Source: Bacteroidota bacterium
GTDB lineage: Bacteria; Bacteroidota; Bacteroidia; AKYH767-A; 2013-40CM-41-45
Length of the DNA stretch: 64,000 nucleotides
Direction of reading: 5' to 3'
Assembly: GCA_043783155.1 (NCBI GenBank)
Contig: JAYVZS010000015.1
Coordinates: forward strand, 34,825 to 98,824
In this document: in pieces, positions 55,802 through 64,000 of the stretch
Layout: each line of letters opens with the position of its first letter
Numbering within the stretch: position 1 is the stretch's first letter
The notes under the pieces: model-generated
Told to the model about the DNA's origin: nothing
Databases searched by the model: none
The model's input: the letters and a program-made list of their open reading frames with translations, nothing else
Position numbers and translations under genes: made by a program

Positions 55802-57078
55802 TTCACAGAGTCTTTCAATTTTGATTCAGCCACAGAGGAAACATATTCGCGAAAAGAATCAAGTGTAATATTATTTAATACATCATTCGCAAAAGCAACA
55901 TTTAACAATGCCTTTGCATTGTCCTCACCGATTCCACGCGAACGCAGATAGAACACAGCATCTTCGTCCATCTGTCCGGTGGTGGCTCCATGCGAACACT
56001 TAACATCGTCAGCATAAATTTCAAGTTGCGGTTTTGCGTTGACAACAGCATCATCACTCAGTAAAATATTTTTATTCGATTGATATGCATTCGTTTTCTG
56101 CGCGTCACGTTCCACAAAAATTTTTCCATTGAAAACACCGTGTGCTTTTCCGCCGATGATTCCTTTGTATAGCTGGTTGCTGTTGCAATGGGGTTGAACA
56201 TGATAAACGGCCGTGTGGTTATCCATCAGTTGCGAATCGTCGGCGACATATAATCCATGCATGTAATTGACGGCATTTTGTCCGTCTAATTTAATATGCA
56301 ATTTGTTTTTCACAATGCTCCCTCCGATAGAAACGGTATTAATCCTGAATGTTGAATTCGCAGACTGGTACACATGCGTTCCGCACACCTGGAACGATTG
56401 TTTGTTCTCGTTTTGTAACAGATCAAATTCAAGAGAAGCATTTTCATCAATGAAAATTTCATTCACCACATTTGAAAATGTTTCTGAGATATTATTTTTT
56501 GAAACGTGAATACCCGAAATTTTTGCCGACGAATTTTTTTCAGCAACCACCAGCAAACGATCATTTGTGAGAACGGCCTGTTCGTGAGAAGAAGAAACAT
56601 GAATGATGAAAACAGGTTTCTCAATGATCGCTTTCGGATGAATGTGAATCAGCAATCCGTCATTCGCGAAAGCGGTATTCAACGCAGCAAATGCATCTGC
56701 CTGAACATCGGCATACAGGTTAAAATATTTCTGAACGAATGGATTATTTTTCCCTTCGCGGAGCGTTTTAATTTCTATTCCTGAAGGCAGACTTTTAAAA
56801 TCAGAAGCATCTGCATTCAACCTTCCGTTTTCCATCACCACGAGAATTGAATCCTTTACAAATGGGAACTGCTGAAGAATTTCATCCTTTGAAATTTTTG
56901 TTTCCTGAACAGAAAAAGAAAAATCCTTCAAAGCAATTGGTGCGATGTTGGTGTATTTCCACTCTTCGTTTTTTGACGTAGGAAATCCCATGCGATTAAA
57001 ATGTGCCATCGCCTTCTCCTGCAAAAGAGGAAATTCTTTTACTGCGATCGATTTATATTGTTCTGAATAGTTTGTCAT
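55798..57078 (-). CDS. sufD: Fe-S cluster assembly protein SufD
   Basis: SufD/SufB-fold C-terminal region. Positioned between sufC and sufS. Confidence 0.85.
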   Translation of the reverse strand: MTNYSEQYKSIAVKEFPLLQEKAMAHFNRMGFPTSKNEEWKYTNIAPIALKDFSFSVQETKISKDEILQQFPFVKDSILVVMENGRLNADASDFKSLPSGIEIKTLREGKNNPFVQKYFNLYADVQADAFAALNTAFANDGLLIHIHPKAIIEKPVFIIHVSSSHEQAVLTNDRLLVVAEKNSSAKISGIHVSKNNISETFSNVVNEIFIDENASLEFDLLQNENKQSFQVCGTHVYQSANSTFRINTVSIGGSIVKNKLHIKLDGQNAVNYMHGLYVADDSQLMDNHTAVYHVQPHCNSNQLYKGIIGGKAHGVFNGKIFVERDAQKTNAYQSNKNILLSDDAVVNAKPQLEIYADDVKCSHGATTGQMDEDAVFYLRSRGIGEDNAKALLNVAFANDVLNNITLDSFREYVSSVAESKLKDSVK

Positions 57079-57098
57079 TGATTACGTCCTGTAGAACT

Positions 57099-57872
57099 TT
57101 AATTATTAACGACTAACTCTTGCCTGATCCAATCGTATCCTTTTTCTTCGAGTTCCAACGCCAGTTCTTTGGTTCCGCTTTTAACAATTTTTCCATTGTA
57201 CAACACATGTACAAAATCAGGAATGATGTAATCGAGTAACCGCTGGTAATGCGTGATGACAATAAATGAACGCTCTTTATTCCGCAATGCGTTTACGCCG
57301 TTGGCAACAATGCGAAGCGCGTCGATGTCGAGGCCCGAATCGGTTTCATCCAGCACACACAACTTCGGTTCCAGCATAGCCATCTGGAAAATTTCATTTC
57401 GTTTTTTTTCTCCTCCGCTGAATCCTTCATTCACACTTCGCTGTGTCATGGTCTTGTCCATCTCCACGAGCTTCATTCTTTCTTTCATCAGAATGAGAAA
57501 ATCTTTTGAATCGAGCGGCGCCAATCCTTTTGACTTCCGGATTTCATTTAATGCTGTCTTTAAAAAATTAGCATTGCTTACGCCGGGAATTTCAATCGGG
57601 TACTGGAAAGCAAGGAACAATCCTTTGCGCGCGCGGTCTTCGGGCGACATGTCGAGAATGCTTTCGCCGTCAAATAAAATTTCTCCCTCCGTTACCTCGA
57701 ACACGTCACGACCTGAAAGTACCGATGCCAGCGTACTTTTCCCTGAACCGTTCGGACCCATGATGGCATGCACTTCACCGGGTTTCACTTCAAAATTAAT
57801 CCCGTTGAGAATTTGCTTGTTCTCTACTCTCGCCTTTAAATTTTTTATGCTTAACATTTCTTTATTTTTCAC
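57099..57872 (-). CDS. sufC: Fe-S cluster assembly ATPase SufC
   Basis: Walker A GPNGSGKST, ABC signature, Walker B LCVLDE. Confidence 0.9.
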   Translation of the reverse strand: MKNKEMLSIKNLKARVENKQILNGINFEVKPGEVHAIMGPNGSGKSTLASVLSGRDVFEVTEGEILFDGESILDMSPEDRARKGLFLAFQYPIEIPGVSNANFLKTALNEIRKSKGLAPLDSKDFLILMKERMKLVEMDKTMTQRSVNEGFSGGEKKRNEIFQMAMLEPKLCVLDETDSGLDIDALRIVANGVNALRNKERSFIVITHYQRLLDYIIPDFVHVLYNGKIVKSGTKELALELEEKGYDWIRQELVVNN

Positions 57873-57895
57873 TATTCATCATTTCGTTTCAAAAA

Positions 57896-59344
57896 TTACC
57901 CGACGCTTCCTTCTAAACTAATCGCGAGAAGTTTCTGCGCTTCCACCGCAAATTCCATCGGCAACTGGTTAAACACTTCTTTGCAATATCCGTTCACGAT
58001 TAACCCGATTGCATCTTCTGTTGAGATGCCTCGCTGGTTGCAATAGAAAATCTGGTCTTCTCCTACCTTGCTCGTGGTTGCTTCGTGTTCAACCTTTGCC
58101 GATTTATTATGCACTTCAAGATAAGGAAATGTATGAGCGCCGCATTTACTTCCGAGCAACAATGAATCGCATTGAGAAAAGTTGCGGGCATTTTCTGCTT
58201 TCTTATTTATTTTCACCAAGCCCCTGTAACTGTTGTCACTTTTTCCACCGCTGATTCCTTTGGAAATAATGGTGCTTCGCGTATTTTTTCCAAGATGAAT
58301 CATCTTCGTTCCCGTATCGGCCTGCTGCATGTTGTTCGTAACGGCAACAGAATAAAATTCACCGATTGAATTATCGCCTTTCAAAATCACGCTCGGGTAT
58401 TTCCATGTAATAGCGCTTCCGGTTTCAACCTGCGTCCAGCTGATTTTTGAATTCGTAAGAGCAAGTCCGCGTTTCGTAACGAAGTTGTAGATGCCACCCT
58501 TTCCATTTTTATCTCCCGGATACCAATTCTGTACGGTAGAATATTTTACCTGTGCATTATCATGCGCATAAATTTCAACGACGGCAGCGTGTAACTGATT
58601 TTCATCACGCATCGGTGCTGTGCATCCTTCGAGGTAACTCACAAAACTTCCTTCGTCAGCAATAATTAAAGTACGTTCAAATTGTCCGGTTCCGGCAGAG
58701 TTAATTCTGAAATACGTCGACAGTTCCATGGGGCAACGAACGCCTTTCGGAATGTAACAAAAGGAACCGTCGCTGAACACGGCGCTGTTTAATGCAGCAT
58801 AAAAATTATCCGTCATCGGAACAACAGAGCCAAGGTATTTTTTTATCAACTCAGGATGTTCGTGCACCGCTTCACTGAAGGAAGAAAAAATAATTCCAAG
58901 TTTAGCGAGTTCGTCTCTGAAAGTTGTTTTGACAGAAACGCTGTCGATCACCGCGTCAACGGCAACACCTGACAATCGTTTTTGTTCTTCAAGAGAAATT
59001 CCAAGTTTGTCGAACGTCGCTTTTATTTCCGGATCGAGTTCATCAAGTGAATTCAACTGAGGTTTAGCTTTCGGAGCGGAATAGTAAATGATGTCCTGAA
59101 AATTTATTTCCGGGTGATGAATGTTCGCCCAGGTTGGTTCTTCATTTTTCAAAGAAACCCAGTGACGAAAAGCTTTCAGACGCCATTCAAGTAACCATTC
59201 CGGCTCATTTTTTTTCAAAGAAATAAACCGAACGATGTCTTCACTAAGACCTTTGGGAGCATTATCGCTTTCGATATCACTCACAAAGCCCCACTTGTAC
59301 TCGCTTCGGGACAGGTCCTCTAATATTTTTAAATCTTCCGCCAT
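57896..59344 (-). CDS. sufB: Fe-S cluster assembly protein SufB
   Basis: Full-length SufB with the conserved C-terminal region. Confidence 0.9.
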   Translation of the reverse strand: MAEDLKILEDLSRSEYKWGFVSDIESDNAPKGLSEDIVRFISLKKNEPEWLLEWRLKAFRHWVSLKNEEPTWANIHHPEINFQDIIYYSAPKAKPQLNSLDELDPEIKATFDKLGISLEEQKRLSGVAVDAVIDSVSVKTTFRDELAKLGIIFSSFSEAVHEHPELIKKYLGSVVPMTDNFYAALNSAVFSDGSFCYIPKGVRCPMELSTYFRINSAGTGQFERTLIIADEGSFVSYLEGCTAPMRDENQLHAAVVEIYAHDNAQVKYSTVQNWYPGDKNGKGGIYNFVTKRGLALTNSKISWTQVETGSAITWKYPSVILKGDNSIGEFYSVAVTNNMQQADTGTKMIHLGKNTRSTIISKGISGGKSDNSYRGLVKINKKAENARNFSQCDSLLLGSKCGAHTFPYLEVHNKSAKVEHEATTSKVGEDQIFYCNQRGISTEDAIGLIVNGYCKEVFNQLPMEFAVEAQKLLAISLEGSVG

Positions 59345-59388
59345 CTTATTTGGATTGATTCTAAACTTAAAGTTTAGACAAAAAAAAA

Positions 59389-59715
59389 TTAAACTGAGAA
59401 ACTCTCGCCACAGCCACAGGTGCGGCTTGCATTCGGGTTATTGAAGGCAAAACCTTTTCCGTTTAAGCCATCGGTGAAATCGAGTTCCGTTCCAACCAAG
59501 TAGAGAAAACTTTTTTTGTCGCAAACGATTTTCATTCCTTTATCTTCAAACACCTTATCGTCGGGGCGAACAACATTGTCGAACTCAAGTTTATAAGTTA
59601 ACCCCGAGCAACCGCCACCTTCAATTCCGACACGGATAAATGCATCGGCTGGCTTTTTCTCTTCCAGCATGATATTCAATGCTTTAGATTTTGCTCTTTC
59701 TGTTACTGTAATCAT
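59389..59715 (-). CDS. Iron-sulfur cluster insertion/assembly accessory protein (IscA/HesB/ErpA family)
   Basis: C-terminal CGCGESF motif plus the upstream conserved Cys (GGGCSG). Confidence 0.8.
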   Translation of the reverse strand: MITVTERAKSKALNIMLEEKKPADAFIRVGIEGGGCSGLTYKLEFDNVVRPDDKVFEDKGMKIVCDKKSFLYLVGTELDFTDGLNGKGFAFNNPNASRTCGCGESFSV

Positions 59716-59934
59716 TTTTTCCTCCTTTTACTTAGAAATCAGACACAAAGATAAGCCATTAAAGAGGGAATACCAAAGAATGATTCGGATGAATATTACC
59801 TGATTTCATGAATGGTAAAAGAATCATCAAAAATCCCTTACAAACTGCCTTACAAAGCAGAACCAACACCCAAATTCAGGTACATAGAGAAAGAAAAAAA
59901 GTCGCTTTACAAAATTGAACGTAATGGTCTGTCT

Positions 59935-61770
59935 TTACGATGATAACCTATCAATAAATTTCTGCTCTCTTCCTTTATCATCATTATGCAAAAAATAATA
60001 GTCTTTGAATTCTTTGTAGTCTTTCTCAATTTCCTCTTTTGGTTTTGAGCGCAGATCATTGTTGATGTAGTTATCGAGATATGCTTCAAAGTCTGTATAA
60101 TGAAAGTTCTCACCCATCCGTTCTCTTAATTGTTTGATAATTGAACGGTGATAAATAATAATCTCTGCTCGCTCCTGCATCACGCCAAAACTAAAATACG
60201 CCATTCTGTACGGTAAATTTTTATATGGCGATCTGCGGAAAACAAAATCCACTTCGCGTTTCAACATATAATCATACGGAGCGGAATGTTCATGACCGAC
60301 CTTTCCAACCAACTCAGTAACCGGCATGTGAGCGATGTAATGATCCGTTAAGCCGTGGTTTTCAACGCAGGTTTTAAATTTTGCATAGTAGGCAAAGCAC
60401 GCCTGGCCGCCTCTCATTAATATGGTAACATCCATGTCTTTCACATACGGAGCCAGGGCCACACCAATTTTTTTATCATTCATCAAGACGTATTGATACA
60501 GGTACACATACCGTTCATCAGCTACACCATATTCTTTTTCTTTACAAACCGTTTTACCGTTTTCTGTTTCGAGGAAAAAATCTTTCCGAACAGAGCTTTC
60601 ATATAAAACAGAAATTGGAATCAGAATGAGAAGAACTGTTCTCAACCCGTTTTTCTTTTGAAACTGAACATTGATGGCATATTCAGTAATGAGATACAGG
60701 AATGGGATGGCCGGCATCATGAACCTGCCATACATAAAGTCTCCGCCCACTTTCGCGACAAAGAAAAACAAATATGAAAGCGTTGTTAAAAGCGCAAATA
60801 AAATTCCTGAAAGGTTTCGATCGCTGATGATCTGAATAAATGTCTGCCTGATTTTTATACTCTTCAACACATATTTAAAACACAAAAATAAAGCGGCGAC
60901 AAAAAACAGGATCGACGAAATGTAGACCTGCAGATATAGCCAGATATAGGCGAACCCTCTTGCCCACGCTGATTTATAACCAACCTTGGAATAATACGTG
61001 TTCGGAAAAATTTCACCGTAAAAATTATAGCGCCACAAAAAATAAGGAATATAAATAATCAGTACAGGCGCTATAAATTTCAGTTGTTCTTTTATCAATT
61101 CACTTAGTTTCTTTTTCTGCGCAATGTTGCTGAGTAATAAAAACACATTCGACAGACCGATAAAAATCATTGCATCGGGTCGTGTAAGAACAGCAAAGCA
61201 TAATAACATCCCCGTAATCAGGATGCGATTATTCCGCGACAGATCGCTGAAGAAGAAAATATAAAAGGCGCCGGAAATCAGCATCAGGTAAAAAGCAGGT
61301 TCCAGTCCGCTGGTAGACCATACGCCGTAATCGAAATTTAAAGCGAGTGCTGCCAACGTCATCGGCACAGAAAATTTATTCTTGAAAAACTTATTCAGCT
61401 TTAAACCAATCAGCATATAGGTGATGAGCACAACAGCACTTGAAATAATTCCCAACGTCATGACAGTTGCAACAGGTTCAAATTTCAACCACATGAAAAA
61501 AGAAACAATCATGAGCCAAAGAAAATCAGTGTAACCTTCGACACGTTCTCCAGGGTTATAGATGAGTCCGTGCCCATTCAAAAAATTTTCAATGTATCTC
61601 AACCCGATAAAGATATCATCCCCAACCCACCGTTTGGTATAGGCATTGTGAATTCCAACGAGAATGAAAATTCCGCATACAAGAAAATAAAGATAGGGCG
61701 TATTGTCCTTCTTTAAAGCCGGATTACCTGTCTTGAGAGGTACCTGTTTCTTTGTAATCGCTTTTGCCAT
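59935..61770 (-). CDS. Polytopic membrane protein with a C-terminal soluble domain, possibly a GT-C fold glycosyltransferase (ArnT/PMT-like). The track ORF extends to 61887; the likely start is MAKAITKK.
   Basis: About 12 TM segments with an early acidic motif (WVGDD) in the first loop region. Family assignment is weak. Confidence 0.4.
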   Translation of the reverse strand: MAKAITKKQVPLKTGNPALKKDNTPYLYFLVCGIFILVGIHNAYTKRWVGDDIFIGLRYIENFLNGHGLIYNPGERVEGYTDFLWLMIVSFFMWLKFEPVATVMTLGIISSAVVLITYMLIGLKLNKFFKNKFSVPMTLAALALNFDYGVWSTSGLEPAFYLMLISGAFYIFFFSDLSRNNRILITGMLLCFAVLTRPDAMIFIGLSNVFLLLSNIAQKKKLSELIKEQLKFIAPVLIIYIPYFLWRYNFYGEIFPNTYYSKVGYKSAWARGFAYIWLYLQVYISSILFFVAALFLCFKYVLKSIKIRQTFIQIISDRNLSGILFALLTTLSYLFFFVAKVGGDFMYGRFMMPAIPFLYLITEYAINVQFQKKNGLRTVLLILIPISVLYESSVRKDFFLETENGKTVCKEKEYGVADERYVYLYQYVLMNDKKIGVALAPYVKDMDVTILMRGGQACFAYYAKFKTCVENHGLTDHYIAHMPVTELVGKVGHEHSAPYDYMLKREVDFVFRRSPYKNLPYRMAYFSFGVMQERAEIIIYHRSIIKQLRERMGENFHYTDFEAYLDNYINNDLRSKPKEEIEKDYKEFKDYYFLHNDDKGREQKFIDRLSS

Positions 61771-61963
61771 ACGTAATTCTTTGCCGTTAGATTTTCCTGC
61801 AAGTATAATAAAACAATGATCCGGATAATTTTTTGCCCGTTGAAAAAGTAAATCTACAGTATAAACACATTTCCTGCAAACTTTCACAATCTACCGGAAG
61901 AAGATTAAAAGTTATTGATCAGATTTGCCGATGAGTGTTACCTTCGCGCTTTAATTCAATACT

Positions 61964-63013
61964 ATGTTTGAAAATAAAACGAACAGGACAGAACTGAGTG
62001 CGCTCGGGGAATTCGGACTCATTGAACATATCACCAAAGCCATTGAGCTGAAGAATCCCGAATCGATAAAAGGTATCGGTGATGATGCAGCTGTGATCGA
62101 CAGCGGATCAAAGCTTACAGTTGTAACAACAGACATGTTGGTTGAAGGCGTACATTTCGATCTGACATTTCATCCGTTAAGACATCTCGGCTATAAATCT
62201 ATTGCCGTCAATCTTTCTGACGTGTATGCAATGAATGCCACTCCGAAACAGGTTGTGATTGCCATTGCACTCTCGAACCGATTTTCGTTGGAAGCAATAG
62301 AAGAATTATATGGTGGAATGAGAATGGCTTGCGAACATTACAACGTCGATTTAGTAGGAGGCGATACAACATCTTCTACTTCGGGATTGATTATTTCTGT
62401 TACTGCAATTGGAGTGGCTGATAAAAACGATCTCGTATATCGCAGTGGAGCGAAAGAACATGACCTCATTTGTGTGAGCGGAGATTTAGGCGGTGCATAC
62501 ATGGGACTTCAGTTGCTTGAAAGAGAGAAAAGAATTTTTATAGAGAACCCGAAAATACAACCTGACCTGAGCGGAAGTGATTATATTTTAGAGCGACAAC
62601 TGAAACCCGAAGCCCGGAAAGAAATTATTGAGAAGCTGCATGAGCTGAAAGTAAAACCCACTTCGATGATTGATATTTCCGATGGGCTCTCTTCCGAAAT
62701 TTTACACATCTGTCATCAATCGGATGTTGGCGCGGAAATTTATGAAGACAAAATTCCAATCGATCCTCAAACGTATGACAAAGCTCGTGAGTTCAACCTT
62801 GATGCAACCGTTTGCGCATTGAGCGGTGGAGAAGATTACGAATTACTTTTCACCATTCAGCAAAGTGATTACGAAACACTGCGTGCGCACATGGATATTT
62901 CTATCATCGGTCATATCACAGATAAAAATTCAGGTGTGAACCTCGTTGATAAATCAGGAAATGTAGTGAAGATGAAAGCGCAGGGATGGGATGCTCTCTT
63001 GAATAGACAATAG
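61964..63013 (+). CDS. thiL: Thiamine-monophosphate kinase
   Basis: GEFGLIEHI...GIGDDAAVI AIR-synthase-related N-terminus and length. Confidence 0.85.
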   Translation: MFENKTNRTELSALGEFGLIEHITKAIELKNPESIKGIGDDAAVIDSGSKLTVVTTDMLVEGVHFDLTFHPLRHLGYKSIAVNLSDVYAMNATPKQVVIAIALSNRFSLEAIEELYGGMRMACEHYNVDLVGGDTTSSTSGLIISVTAIGVADKNDLVYRSGAKEHDLICVSGDLGGAYMGLQLLEREKRIFIENPKIQPDLSGSDYILERQLKPEARKEIIEKLHELKVKPTSMIDISDGLSSEILHICHQSDVGAEIYEDKIPIDPQTYDKAREFNLDATVCALSGGEDYELLFTIQQSDYETLRAHMDISIIGHITDKNSGVNLVDKSGNVVKMKAQGWDALLNRQ

Positions 63014-63082
63014 GCAAAATTATTAGTCGACAATATTGTCTGCTTCTTTTATTGTCTGCTGTCGACTATTATTTCAGCACTG

Positions 63083-64000
63083 TTAACCTCCACTGCTGGC
63101 TTTTTTCTCCACGATATTCCTGAACGCGACATGATCGATCTTACTCTCCGTCCATGCGATAAAATCAAAATATTCGAGAACAGTTTTTTCAAAATTTTCT
63201 TTTGAAAGAATGATGAGGTCGTCGTAGAATTTTTTGTAAAGTTTTTGTGCTTCCTTCGGAGAAGCCGTAATCAGCCGGTTAGCAAATTCGAGGAAGATGG
63301 TTTCAAATTTATAGACGCGGTTACGTGAATTCAGGTAACGCTGCAACGATTTCACCATGTATGGAAGCAGATCCGCATTTTTTAACTCGACATGAATAAT
63401 GATGTTGAATATCTCGGCAAAGCAATGAATGTCCTGACTTTCGTTGATGGCATTGTCATTCAGCAAACGGTTGATCCATTTCAATGCGACAGAATATTTT
63501 CCTGCACCAAAATACAAGACTGCGATGTTGAAATAAAAATATGCTTTGCGCACAGGACTCAGTTTCTCTTCGTACCGCGAAAGTCCGGCTTCAATTTTCG
63601 GAACAAGCTGAATTCCTTTTTCAAATTCGCCGAGCGTGATGTACAAAGTAATCTCAATGCTATAAGCGCTGGAGAATAATTTGATCTCCATGTCTTCATT
63701 CCCCTTTGTGTCAAGAATTTCGGGAATGGCTTTCAGTTTTTTCATGTTCTCCATTACCTCATCGAATTTCTTGAGTTGGCTGCCGATGTAAATGGTATTC
63801 GTAAGAAGGGAAAAATAAAGATTGGGTTCTTCTTTAAAAAGTTCGGTGTTGGACTCTATCAGCGCTACATTTTTTTTCAGGTATTGGTAGCTCCTTTTAT
63901 AATCGCCTGTTCCGAAATTGAAAGCGCTGTAAATATGATGAAACAAATATTTCGTCTCCGTTGAAAGCGCCTTACTTTCTTTTTGAAGCAAGGTGTTATC
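63083..64000 (-). CDS. Hypothetical helical-repeat (TPR-like) protein, partial. The frame stays open past the TTG at 63991 to the window end.
   Basis: Back-translation shows no stop before position 64000. Confidence 0.4.
   Translation of the reverse strand, partial: DNTLLQKESKALSTETKYLFHHIYSAFNFGTGDYKRSYQYLKKNVALIESNTELFKEEPNLYFSLLTNTIYIGSQLKKFDEVMENMKKLKAIPEILDTKGNEDMEIKLFSSAYSIEITLYITLGEFEKGIQLVPKIEAGLSRYEEKLSPVRKAYFYFNIAVLYFGAGKYSVALKWINRLLNDNAINESQDIHCFAEIFNIIIHVELKNADLLPYMVKSLQRYLNSRNRVYKFETIFLEFANRLITASPKEAQKLYKKFYDDLIILSKENFEKTVLEYFDFIAWTESKIDHVAFRNIVEKKASSGG

Noticed and set aside
1-64000. CRISPR arrays, tRNA/rRNA genes, IS transposases, integrases
   Set aside because: No regularly spaced direct repeats with unique spacers. 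No tRNA-like cloverleaf segments (no GGTTCGAATCC-type T-arms seen). No transposase or integrase-like ORFs among the translated frames.

Overview
The window reads as a Bacteroidota chromosomal segment, probably Sphingobacteriia- or Chitinophagia-like. It is AT-rich with GC-rich islands, uses TTG starts often, and carries type IX secretion (T9SS) cargo proteins with type A and type B C-terminal domains and a giant adhesin with SprB repeats. Most of it is core housekeeping, called from ORF translations and motifs: fabF-acpP, dCMP deaminase, two S41 C-terminal processing peptidases, Fe/Mn superoxide dismutase, an AsmA-family protein, a sensor histidine kinase, a HemW-like radical SAM protein, RsmI, thymidine kinase, a MurF-alanine racemase fusion, a PorP/SprF protein paired with a type B CTD cargo gene, MeaB, an LPS-core GT2/GT9/O-antigen-ligase-like trio, YidD-RnpA, HemD plus DUF4271, an RskA-like anti-sigma domain protein, pyruvate kinase with an IPExxxVDY neighbour, an M42 peptidase, a LutB-like Fe-S protein, LysA, a complete SUF cluster (IscA-like, sufB, sufC, sufD, sufS, sufE, DUF59/SufT-like, DUF2480) and ThiL. 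I saw no rRNA, tRNA, CRISPR array, transposase or integrase. The accessory or unusual content is: (1) an AT-rich Fic (class II, autoinhibited) cassette next to a 5'-truncated T9SS-CTD gene remnant, bracketed by GC-rich palindromic islands; (2) a ~690 bp RelE/ParE toxin mini-insertion at the 3' end of lysA, flanked by 50 bp direct repeats that duplicate the lysA terminus; (3) a 3147 aa surface adhesin (four or more copies of an unnamed ~220 aa domain, FN3 modules, a 1.2 kb tandem duplication, a proprotein-convertase P-domain, SprB repeats, IPT, C-terminal dockerin, no T9SS CTD) directly downstream of an 841 aa T9SS type A CTD protein; (4) several short interspersed repeat families (AAGAACC heptamer tandem arrays, a GTGTTTAAG inverted-repeat element, a CCTCTCCTTTGGAGAGG palindrome found both in-frame in hemW and as a terminator, and two structured elements that begin TTCACGCAGAG); (5) a G8 homopolymer inside the GT2 LPS glycosyltransferase. 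I did not find a convincing multi-gene system of unknown function; the repeat families and the two small insertions are the most novel-looking content.
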